64,000 nt of DNA from Alphaproteobacteria bacterium (GTDB lineage: Bacteria > Pseudomonadota > Alphaproteobacteria > Caulobacterales > Maricaulaceae), in the NCBI GenBank assembly GCA_016124675.1, contig WGNG01000010.1:12634-76633 (forward strand), read 5' to 3'. Positions within the stretch are counted from its first letter, which is position 1, and each line of letters opens with the position of its first letter. The translations under genes and the position numbers were made by a program. A model generated the notes under the pieces. That model was not told the DNA's origin. It saw only the letters and a list, made by a program, of their open reading frames with translations, and ran no database searches. Shown one piece after another: positions 8,015 through 15,422 of the stretch.

Positions 8015-10456
8015 ATGCCAGGCCACCACATGCGTACACTTTACCGCACGCTCAACCGCCACCGGCTCTATACAGCCCTCAACATCGCCGGTCTGGCGGT
8101 CGGGATCGCCGTGTTCCTGACCCTGATGCTGACGGTTCGCTTTGAGACCGGCTTCAACCGCTGGATACCGGACGCGGACAATATTCACCGGCTGAACCTG
8201 ACGCTGGCATTTCCCGGGCGTCCGTCCCAGTTCACCAGCAATGTCCAGGCGGTGGCCATGCCAGCGCTGGCGGCAGACTATCCACAGATCGAGGCGTACA
8301 CGCGCCTGATGGGCGCCAGCGTGCGCATCCGGCTGGCTGACCGGACCGTGATGCAGCGTGCAACGCGCGTCGACCCTGACTTCTTTGAGGTGTTCAACCT
8401 GCCTGTCGTGGCGGGAGACGCCAGCACCGCCCTCAGCGATCCAGCCTCGGTCGTCCTGACCGAGACGCTGGCGGGGACGTTCTTCCCGAACGGCCAGGCG
8501 TTGGGCGAAACCCTCACACTGATCGCCGGCGGGCGCGAGAGCGTCTACACGGTCACCGCCGTGATCCGTGATCTGCCACCCCAGACCAGCTTGCGGATCG
8601 AGATGCTGATCCCGCTGAACCGGGCCGATTTTCCACTCGAAGAACAGGCCCGCCTGTTCGATGTCTGGAACAATTTCTCCACTACCGCCTATGCGCGCAT
8701 CAGCGAGCCCGGCGCGGCCGAGGCGATCAACGCTGACATGGAGAACTTCGTCATCCGGCGGGTCAATCCGGATAATCTGCCTGCCCCGCTGGTCGAGGTG
8801 TTGCGATATGATTTGATGGCCCTGCCGCACATTCATTTCGCTGACGCGCGCGGTCATGACGCCGCCGGCGCGGCGGACCCGGCCGTGGTGCGGCTGCTCG
8901 CGCTTGTGGCTGTCATGACCCTGGCCCTGGCGGCGATCAACTACATCAACCTCGCCACCGCGCGGTCGAGCCTCAGGGCGCGTGAGGTTGCCATTCGCAA
9001 GACGCTGGGCGCCACGCGCGGCGCGCTGATCATCCAGTTCCTGTCCGAAGCGATGCTGCTGACCTTGCTGGCGGCGCTGTTCGGTTTGGCCCTCACGGAG
9101 CTGGCCCTGCCGGTGATCAACGCCTATGGCGGAACACAGCTTGCCCTGACCTATGTCGGCCCAGACGGCGTGCTGCCTGTCTTGCTGGGCGCCGTGGTGG
9201 TGGTGGGGCTGGGCGCCGGCGCCTGGCCGGCGCTGGTGATCTCCCGGTTCGCGCCCGCGGCGGTTCTGGCCTCTGCGCGCTCCCCGGGCGGCGGACGCGC
9301 CGGGGCGCGGGTGCGCAGCGCGCTTGTGCTGGCGCAGTTCACCATCGCCCTGATCTTCGCCATGTGCGCGGCGGTGATGCTGGCCCAGAACCATCATATG
9401 CGCCACGCCGACCTTGGATTTGAGCGCGATGGCCTGCTGATCCTTGAGCGCTTTTCCTGGCCCGATCTGGACGGACGCCGCGCCAGCCTTCTTGATCAGT
9501 TCCGCAACACGCCAGGGGTCATCGCCGCCACGGTGTCCGACCGGTCACCCGCCACGGGTTCCATAACCAGCGCCAATGCGGCGCGCCTGGGCCATTCTGG
9601 CGCCGAACCCAGCCTCGTCATGGAGATTGTCGGCGAGGACTATTTCGCCGCCTACGGCCTGCGCCTGGCGGCGGGGCGGTTTTTCGACGCGGACAACCGG
9701 CTTGATGACGCCGCCAGCGAGGTCGACGGCCGCAATGTCATGCTGAACGAGACGGCCGTGCGCACGTTGGGCTTTCCCGATCCGCAAGCGGCGATCGGCG
9801 AACCGGTCTATCTGTTCGGCAACCGGGTGACGGTGACGGGCGTGGTGCGCGACGCGCGCTTCCGGTCGCCGCGTGAAGTCATTCCGCCGGTGCTCTACCG
9901 CTATTCCAGCGGCGATATTGAAGGCGGCGTCGCCGCAGTGCGCCATGCCGGCGACCCGGCCGGAATCCGCGCCCGGCTGGAAGCGCTCTGGCAGGAGGCT
10001 GCGCCTGTTCTGCCCTTTGAAGCCGAAACGGCCGATCAGCTGCTTCATGCCTACTATGCGCCGGAGGATCATCGCAGCCGACTGTTCAGCCTGGGGGCTA
10101 GTGTGGCGATGCTCATCGGCGCCCTCGGCCTGTACGGCATGGCCGCCTTTGTGACGGCGCGCCGCATCCGCGAGATCGGCATCCGCAAGACACTCGGCGC
10201 TTCCACCGGTGATGCGCTGCGGCTGCTGATCGGTCAGTTCCTGAGACCGGTCGTGGCGGCCTCTGTGATCGCAGCCCCGGCCGCATTCTGGATCATGACG
10301 GTGTGGCTGGATCGGTTCGATGACCGCGTCAGCCTGTCAGTGTTGCACTTCACGGTTCCGGTTCTGGGCGCGCTCGTCATCGCCGTGCTGACCGTGCTCG
10401 GACACGCCGTCGCGGCGGCGCGCGCCGAGCCGGCAAGGGCCCTGAGAGCGAACTGA
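8015..10456 (+). CDS. ABC transporter permease with duplicated FtsX/MacB-type domains (813 aa)
   Basis: N-terminal RTLNRHRLYTALNIAGLAVGIAVF motif. Two copies of the FtsX-type 4-TM module (REVAIRKTLGATRG... and REIGIRKTLGASTGD...), each preceded by a large periplasmic domain. Confidence 0.85.
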   Translation: MPGHHMRTLYRTLNRHRLYTALNIAGLAVGIAVFLTLMLTVRFETGFNRWIPDADNIHRLNLTLAFPGRPSQFTSNVQAVAMPALAADYPQIEAYTRLMGASVRIRLADRTVMQRATRVDPDFFEVFNLPVVAGDASTALSDPASVVLTETLAGTFFPNGQALGETLTLIAGGRESVYTVTAVIRDLPPQTSLRIEMLIPLNRADFPLEEQARLFDVWNNFSTTAYARISEPGAAEAINADMENFVIRRVNPDNLPAPLVEVLRYDLMALPHIHFADARGHDAAGAADPAVVRLLALVAVMTLALAAINYINLATARSSLRAREVAIRKTLGATRGALIIQFLSEAMLLTLLAALFGLALTELALPVINAYGGTQLALTYVGPDGVLPVLLGAVVVVGLGAGAWPALVISRFAPAAVLASARSPGGGRAGARVRSALVLAQFTIALIFAMCAAVMLAQNHHMRHADLGFERDGLLILERFSWPDLDGRRASLLDQFRNTPGVIAATVSDRSPATGSITSANAARLGHSGAEPSLVMEIVGEDYFAAYGLRLAAGRFFDADNRLDDAASEVDGRNVMLNETAVRTLGFPDPQAAIGEPVYLFGNRVTVTGVVRDARFRSPREVIPPVLYRYSSGDIEGGVAAVRHAGDPAGIRARLEALWQEAAPVLPFEAETADQLLHAYYAPEDHRSRLFSLGASVAMLIGALGLYGMAAFVTARRIREIGIRKTLGASTGDALRLLIGQFLRPVVAASVIAAPAAFWIMTVWLDRFDDRVSLSVLHFTVPVLGALVIAVLTVLGHAVAAARAEPARALRAN

Positions 10457-10489
10457 ACTGGGCAGGCGCACGAAAGAGCGACACCGCAT

Positions 10490-10519
10490 TTGACTCTAAA
10501 GTTGTATTTAATGTACACT
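10490..10519 (+). promoter_or_regulatory. sigma-70-like promoter candidate TTGACT-N18-TACACT ahead of the poly-Gln peptide gene
   Basis: TTGACT at 10490-10495 and TACACT at 10514-10519, inside the most A/T-rich stretch of this region (tttgactctaaagttgtatttaatgtacactt), about 45 nt upstream of AGGAGA (10560-10565). Confidence 0.4.
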
Positions 10520-10571
10520 TCAGATTGCCGTTCGGCGTTCAGGCTGAGCCGCAAACCAAAAGGAGATGGCT

Positions 10572-10859
10572 ATGAAACTCATGAACTGCGCATCGCTGAT
10601 CGCTCTCGCGGCCGGCGGCCTTTCGATGACCGCGCCCGCTTCTGCGTCACACGTGGAGATGGCAATCAGCCCGGCCTCCCTCTCTGTGAGCCATGATGTT
10701 CTGAAATCCACCGACCTCATCGGTGACGACAGCTTCCTGGCGCAGAGCCAGCAGCAACAGCAGCAGCAGCAACAACAACAGCAGCAGCGGCAGCGCCACC
10801 TTGGCCTGGTCTCGCTGGGCGTTGTGTACGGCATGCCGGCGGACGGGTTCAGCGTGTAA
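10572..10859 (+). CDS. small secreted peptide with Sec-type signal peptide and 13-residue poly-Gln tract (95 aa)
   Basis: AGGAGA RBS 6 nt before ATG 10572. MKLMNCASLIALAAGGLSMTAPASA/SH looks like an n-h-c signal with an AxA site. Mature part: ...DDSFLAQSQ(13)RQRHLGLVSLGVVYGMPADGFSV. Promoter-like site upstream, hairpin downstream. Confidence 0.6.
   Translation: MKLMNCASLIALAAGGLSMTAPASASHVEMAISPASLSVSHDVLKSTDLIGDDSFLAQSQQQQQQQQQQQQQRQRHLGLVSLGVVYGMPADGFSV
10749..10787 (+). repeat. in-frame (CAG/CAA)13 trinucleotide tract encoding Gln13
   Basis: Read directly: cagcagcaacagcagcagcagcaacaacaacagcagcag, in the frame of the 10572 ORF. The other two frames and the reverse strand give the poly-C and poly-L artefact ORFs in the track. 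Confidence 0.95.
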
Positions 10860-10865
10860 CCCCGT

Positions 10866-10894
10866 GGCTGCGGCGCCCGCGCGGCGCCGCAGCC
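10866..10894 (+). terminator. perfect 12-bp GC hairpin between the peptide gene and the HExxH gene (attenuator or processing site; no clear U-tract)
   Basis: ggctgcggcgcc-cgcgc-ggcgccgcagcc, exact reverse complements. Starts 7 nt after the TAA at 10857-10859 and ends 10 nt before the AGGAGA RBS of the next gene. Confidence 0.5.
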
Positions 10895-10915
10895 GCAATC
10901 TTGCAGGAGACCATC

Positions 10916-12037
10916 TTGCGCCAGATCATCTACGCACTGTCAGGAGCTGAAAATTCGCCGCCTGTGCTGGACCGGCAGCTTGAACGCTTCGTTCAGCGCC
11001 TGCGCGACGATGTCGAGGACATTATCTGGGACGCGAGTTTTCGCGGCCATCGCCAGGGGCCGGAACTCTACACCCTGTTCCAGGAGCTCGGCGACGCGGA
11101 CAAGATCCGGCTGTTTCTCTCGCCGCAGGGATTTGAAGCGATTTATGCTGCGGCCCGGCGCTGCTGCGAGGACAATGTCGCCGCGCTGATCGAGACGGCG
11201 CGCAGCTTCACCCGTACCGCGCAGGACGAAATCTGGCCGTGCGATACGCCGGTCGACCCCGGATGCCTGCCCAGCCGGCTGAGGCTGGGTGACACCATCA
11301 TTGTGGACATCGGCACTGAGCTGTGCCGCCGGGTCGATCTGACGAGCCCTATCCTGTTCATGCCCTATGAAGCGCTCACCTGGGCGGAGACCGAGACGGT
11401 CCGGCGCAAGCTGCACGACGCCCTCAGCGAAATTGACGCCTTCGCCCCATCGCTGGCGCGCATGATCCGCAATTACACAAGGACGATTTATGTCCGCAAG
11501 ATTGGCGACCTGCCTCCTTCTTCGGAACAGGTGGACACCGAGCTCGGGGCGATCCGGCTGCGCAATATCCATGGCGACCTGTATCACCATGACCAGATTG
11601 TGGATGACCTGATTCATGAGAGCACCCATAACCTTCTGGGGACGTACGAGTATCTGAACTTTCCCTTCATTCCGGTTGGATTTCGGCCCTCTCCCAATGT
11701 GCGGCCGGTCTCACCCTGGTCGCTGCGCCCGATCCAGGTGCTGCCCTTCATCCATGCCGCGTTTGTCTATTTCGCCATGCTGACCTTCGCCCAGCGGCGC
11801 CTGGACCGCGGCATTGACGATCCGGCCCTGCGCCAGCGTTTCGTCGCCCGGCGCAACCGCTATGCCTCAGGCTTCCTCATGCCAGGTCAGCTGAGTGAGT
11901 TCGCCTCCTCGCTCACCGATATTGATCCACGCGTGGCGCGCGCGATGGACTGGATGCAACAGGCGGTGCGCGCCAGCACGTACGGCGCGATGAATACGCC
12001 GGGGCGCCCCGGCGCCGACGTCAGAAGCGTGGCCTGA
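10916..12037 (+). CDS. HExxH-motif protein (TIGR04267-like peptide-modification enzyme / aKG-HExxH hydroxylase-like, or a zinc peptidase)
   Basis: ORF 10901..12037. TTG at 10916 sits 5 nt after AGGAGA. No signal peptide. DDLIHESTHNLLGTYEYL carries HExxH at 11615-11629, about two-thirds along a ~373-aa protein, matching my recollection of HExxH peptide-modification proteins (L-[IV]-H-E-x-x-H-x-x-L). Confidence 0.65.
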   Translation: MRQIIYALSGAENSPPVLDRQLERFVQRLRDDVEDIIWDASFRGHRQGPELYTLFQELGDADKIRLFLSPQGFEAIYAAARRCCEDNVAALIETARSFTRTAQDEIWPCDTPVDPGCLPSRLRLGDTIIVDIGTELCRRVDLTSPILFMPYEALTWAETETVRRKLHDALSEIDAFAPSLARMIRNYTRTIYVRKIGDLPPSSEQVDTELGAIRLRNIHGDLYHHDQIVDDLIHESTHNLLGTYEYLNFPFIPVGFRPSPNVRPVSPWSLRPIQVLPFIHAAFVYFAMLTFAQRRLDRGIDDPALRQRFVARRNRYASGFLMPGQLSEFASSLTDIDPRVARAMDWMQQAVRASTYGAMNTPGRPGADVRSVA

Positions 12038-12052
12038 AGGAAAGGAACCAAG

Positions 12053-12481
12053 ATGCGCCTTCGAGCGGCACACATATTCGCCTGTATCGGCTTCAGCCTC
12101 CTTGTCTCAGCATCCTTGTCAGGTGAACCGGTCATGGCTCAACCGCAATCCCAGTCTCACAGCACCGGCGTGTTCTCCGCCAGCTCCAGTGCCGGAGAGT
12201 TGTGGATGGTCAGTCAGCCGGGCGGCGTGCGGATCGAACGCCTGCGCCTCGAGACCATGGAAACCCCGCTTCAGGCGGGCGATGTGGCGACACGGGTGGA
12301 CGGCCATGCCGTTGTGACACCCGAAGACATTCTCGACCATATCCGCCAGCGGCCTCGGCTCGGCGTCCTGTCGCTGTCGGTTCGCCGTGACGGCCGCGAC
12401 ATCCGCCTGACAATAGACGCGGACCTGTTTCGCGCCTTCATGCCGCCGCAGCCCCCGGCCCCGCCAACACCACCAGCCTGA
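12053..12481 (+). CDS. secreted PDZ-domain protein with Pro-rich C-terminal tail
   Basis: AAGGAAAGGA RBS. Signal peptide MRLRAAHIFACIGFSLLVSASLSGEPVMA. PDZ-like core GGVRIERLRLETMETPLQAGDVATRVDGHAVVTPEDILDHIRQRPRLGVLSLSVRRDGRDIRLTID. Tail PPQPPAPPTPPA. Confidence 0.7.
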   Translation: MRLRAAHIFACIGFSLLVSASLSGEPVMAQPQSQSHSTGVFSASSSAGELWMVSQPGGVRIERLRLETMETPLQAGDVATRVDGHAVVTPEDILDHIRQRPRLGVLSLSVRRDGRDIRLTIDADLFRAFMPPQPPAPPTPPA

Positions 12482-12493
12482 GCGGAGCGCATC

Positions 12494-13369
12494 ATGACGA
12501 GACTGTCCGGCCGGGAAGAGCCCATGCACAATCTGATTGTCTGCGATGACTTCGTGGATGATCCGCTGGCGCAAGCTGCCGGGGCGCTTGCAGGCAGCAA
12601 CGCGCCTCGACCGGTCAAACTGTCAGAGTTTCTGCAGCTTCAGGGTTTTGGCTTTGACGCCATGACCGGCCAGATGCAGCGCCAGCATCGCCCGCCCGGC
12701 GATTGGCAGGCGCGCATTCTCGACCGGGTGATCGAGGTGTCGCGCAAGACCGTCGAGATGTTTGATGGCGGCGAGGGCGTGCTCGAGCGCGGCCAGATCT
12801 ATGCCTGTTACGAGGACGCGCTGCGTGAGCACGCCGCCGGTTCAGGCGCGGCCAGACAATACTCCACTGTCGGCCGGCTGCTGCCGCTGCCCACGCAATG
12901 GCATCTGATCCAACAGGCCGGGCTGGGCGTCAGCGTCCCCGATTATCTTTACGGCTACGGACCCACGCCGGTGGACGCCAGCAGCTTCACGCGGCCAGTC
13001 TTCAAATCGCCGTTTGACCTCTATCACTGGCGCCCCAACGAGGCTGAGCCGGGCGATATCTGGGACCAGTTCGTCGTCGAGCGCCCGCAAGGCGCAGCCG
13101 TCCTGGTGTATTTCCTCGGGCAGCGCTACTGCGTGTCCGCGCTGCGCGGCGGCGAGGAGGCGGTCGCCCGGGACCAGGCTGCGACGCTGATCGCGCTGTC
13201 ACAGCGCGTGGCGCATACGTTCGGCGCAGAGCTCGGGGAAGTGCTGTGGCATGTCTCGGGCGACGAGATCGTATTCGCCGCCTTCTCCCACTTCCTGATC
13301 GGCGCCGCCCGCACCGACCAGTTCGCCGCCCGCGCCCGGGATTATCTGAGCGAGTATTTCACCGGCTGA
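12494..13369 (+). CDS. hypothetical protein, family not recognised (possible degenerate ATP-grasp-like C-terminal half)
   Basis: 291-aa ORF with GGAG 6 nt upstream and a 12-nt gap to the PDZ gene. No signal peptide or TM segment. See findings for the tentative fold argument. Confidence 0.6.
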   Translation: MTRLSGREEPMHNLIVCDDFVDDPLAQAAGALAGSNAPRPVKLSEFLQLQGFGFDAMTGQMQRQHRPPGDWQARILDRVIEVSRKTVEMFDGGEGVLERGQIYACYEDALREHAAGSGAARQYSTVGRLLPLPTQWHLIQQAGLGVSVPDYLYGYGPTPVDASSFTRPVFKSPFDLYHWRPNEAEPGDIWDQFVVERPQGAAVLVYFLGQRYCVSALRGGEEAVARDQAATLIALSQRVAHTFGAELGEVLWHVSGDEIVFAAFSHFLIGAARTDQFAARARDYLSEYFTG

Positions 13370-13375
13370 GGGCCG

Positions 13376-13397
13376 GGCGCCATTTGGGCCTGGCGCC
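13376..13397 (+). terminator. weak stem-loop after the operon (7-bp stem, no U-tract)
   Basis: ggcgcca-tttgggcc-tggcgcc, starting 7 nt after the TGA at 13367-13369. Confidence 0.2.
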
Positions 13398-13517
13398 ATG
13401 GCCGGAGCGCAATGCTACCGTGCATACGCTCGACCAACGTCTCGCCGAGTCAGGCCCAGCACAGGGCGTGCCCGTGCTGGTGCTGGCGTGATCAGGCGAG
13501 CGGGGCCTGGCTCCCCC

Positions 13518-15092
13518 CTACTCCCACTCGATCGTCCCCGGCGGCTTGCTGGTCACGTCGTAGACCACCCGGTTCACGCCGCGCACTTCGTTGATGAGGC
13601 GGGTTGCCGTGCGGCCGAGGAAGTCGTGGTCGAAGGGAAAATAGTCGGCGGTCATGCCGTCGGTGGAGGTCACCGCGCGCAAGGCCAGCACATTGTCATA
13701 GGTGCGCGCATCGCCCATCACACCCACGGTCTGGACGGGCAGGAGTACGGCGAAGGCCTGCCAGATCGAGTCGTAGAGCCCCGCCTTGCGGATCTCCTCG
13801 ATATAGATGGCGTCGGCCTTGCGCAGGATGTCGGCCTTGTCCTTGGAGACCGCGCCGGGGATGCGGATGGCCAGGCCCGGCCCCGGGAAAGGGTGGCGCC
13901 CGATAAAGCTTTCGGGCAGGCCGAGCTCGCGGCCCAGCGCCCTCACCTCGTCCTTGAAGAGTTCGCGCAAGGGCTCGACCAGCTTCATGTTCATGCGCTC
14001 GGGCAGGCCGCCCACATTGTGGTGGGACTTGATGGTGACGGACGGGCCGCCATCAAACGACACGCTCTCGATCACATCGGGATAGAGCGTGCCCTGGGCC
14101 AGGAAGTCCGCGCCCCCGACAGACTTGGCGTGCTCTTCGAACACGTCGATGAACAGCTTGCCGATGGTCTTGCGCTTGGTTTCGGGATCGCTGACCCGCG
14201 CCAGCGCGGAGAGGAAGCGCTCCTCCTCGTCGGCGGCGACCAGCGGGATGTTGTAGTGCTCGCGAAACAGGGTGACGACCTGATCGGCCTCGCCCGCGCG
14301 CATCAGGCCGGTGTCCACAAACACACAGGTGAGCTGAGACCCGATGGCCTCGTGGATCAGTACGGCGGCGACCGAACTGTCCACCCCGCCCGATAGCCCG
14401 CAGATCACCTTTCCCGAGCCGACCTGGGCGCGGATCTTGGCGATGGCCTCGTCCTTGAACGCGGCCATGGTCCAGTCGCCTTTCATCCCCGCAATGCGGT
14501 GGGTGAAATTGCGCAGGATCAGCGCGCCGCGCGGCGTGTTGGCCACTTCCGGGTGGAATTGCACGCCGTAGAAGCGCCGCGCCTCGTCGGCGATGGCGGC
14601 GAACGGCGCGTGGGTGGTGGCGGCGATGGGGTGGAAGCCTTGCGGGATCGCATTGACGCGGTCGCCATGGCTCATCCACACGCGCTCCAGATGTCCGGCG
14701 CCGCCCAGGCCCTCGAACAGCGGGCTCTCGGCGGTGATCTCGATATCGGCGCGGCCGAACTCGCGCTCGTCGGCGGCCTCCACGCTGCCGCCCAGCTGCG
14801 CGCACATGGTCTGCTCGCCATAGCAAATGCCCAGCACCGGCACGCCCAGCTCGAACACGCCCTGCGCAGCGCGCGGCGTGCCCTCGCCATGCACGCTGGC
14901 CGGTCCGCCCGACAGGATGATGGCCCTGGGCCCGTAGGCGCGCAGGAAGGCGTCATCCACACGGTTGAACGGATGCACCTCGCAATACACCCCGCTCTCG
15001 CGCAGGCGCCGGGCGATAAGCTGGGTCACCTGGCTGCCGAAATCGATGATGAGGGCGCGTTCGTGGGCGTCGGAGGCGTTGATCTGTGTCAT
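13518..15092 (-). CDS. guaA: GMP synthase (glutamine-hydrolysing)
   Basis: 524 aa. GATase N-terminus ([31 protein letters not shown]), ATP-PPase SGGVDSSV, canonical C-terminus KPPGTIEWE. Confidence 0.97.
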   Translation of the reverse strand: MTQINASDAHERALIIDFGSQVTQLIARRLRESGVYCEVHPFNRVDDAFLRAYGPRAIILSGGPASVHGEGTPRAAQGVFELGVPVLGICYGEQTMCAQLGGSVEAADEREFGRADIEITAESPLFEGLGGAGHLERVWMSHGDRVNAIPQGFHPIAATTHAPFAAIADEARRFYGVQFHPEVANTPRGALILRNFTHRIAGMKGDWTMAAFKDEAIAKIRAQVGSGKVICGLSGGVDSSVAAVLIHEAIGSQLTCVFVDTGLMRAGEADQVVTLFREHYNIPLVAADEEERFLSALARVSDPETKRKTIGKLFIDVFEEHAKSVGGADFLAQGTLYPDVIESVSFDGGPSVTIKSHHNVGGLPERMNMKLVEPLRELFKDEVRALGRELGLPESFIGRHPFPGPGLAIRIPGAVSKDKADILRKADAIYIEEIRKAGLYDSIWQAFAVLLPVQTVGVMGDARTYDNVLALRAVTSTDGMTADYFPFDHDFLGRTATRLINEVRGVNRVVYDVTSKPPGTIEWE

Positions 15093-15152
15093 GGGCGCGC
15101 TTTAGCGCGGATCGGCCGCTTTGCGAAGCCGGTTTCAGTAGCCAGGCAGCCC

Positions 15153-15422
15153 TCAGGCCGCCTGCCCCGCAGGCTTGAGGCGGCCTTGCGCCTCCATGTC
15201 GCGGTGCAGCGCCCAGGGCGCCAGATCAAACCCGTTCGGCCAGGTCGGTGCGCCGTCCTCAAGGAACACGCGCGCGAAATACGCCGGATCGCGCAAAGGC
15301 AGGACCATCGCGCCGGGCCGGGCAATCAATTCGGCCAGATCAAGCTCGCCCGCCTGACCGTCGGAAAAAGTCAGGTGAAGCGCCGCCTGGCCAATGGGCT
15401 TGATGTGAATGATCTTGATCAA
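15153..15422 (-). CDS. DUF2442 domain protein
   Basis: 89 aa: IKIIHIKPIGQAALHLTFSDGQAGELDLAELI...FLEDGAPTWPNGFDLAPWALH fits the DUF2442 pattern. TTG start overlaps the upstream stop (TTGA at 15419-15422). Confidence 0.8.
   Translation of the reverse strand: MIKIIHIKPIGQAALHLTFSDGQAGELDLAELIARPGAMVLPLRDPAYFARVFLEDGAPTWPNGFDLAPWALHRDMEAQGRLKPAGQAA

Noticed and set aside
7928-9406. Long antisense or out-of-frame ORFs throughout the track (e.g. 7928..9406, 13398..14396, 14499..15596, 15587..17044, 17434..18894, 19129..20229, 22508..23716, 24442..26157, 30630..32090, 32597..33922, 33304..34941, 34880..36163, 39283..40767, 40797..42044, 42451..43440, 43765..45206, 45345..46544, 50772..52673, 54863..55855, 57112..58755, 59336..60559, 60572..61315, 62247..63332)
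   Set aside because: These are Arg/Ala/Gly/Pro-rich translations with no recognisable motifs, lying opposite genes with unambiguous family signatures. This is the typical stop-codon-poor artefact of high-GC DNA.
10520-10898. Reverse-strand ORFs 10520..10834 (poly-Cys) and 10647..10898 (poly-Leu), and plus-strand ORF 10723..10950 (SSNSSSSNNNSSS)
   Set aside because: These are alternative readings of the CAG/CAA repeat. They lack RBSs and overlap the better-supported signal-peptide ORF.
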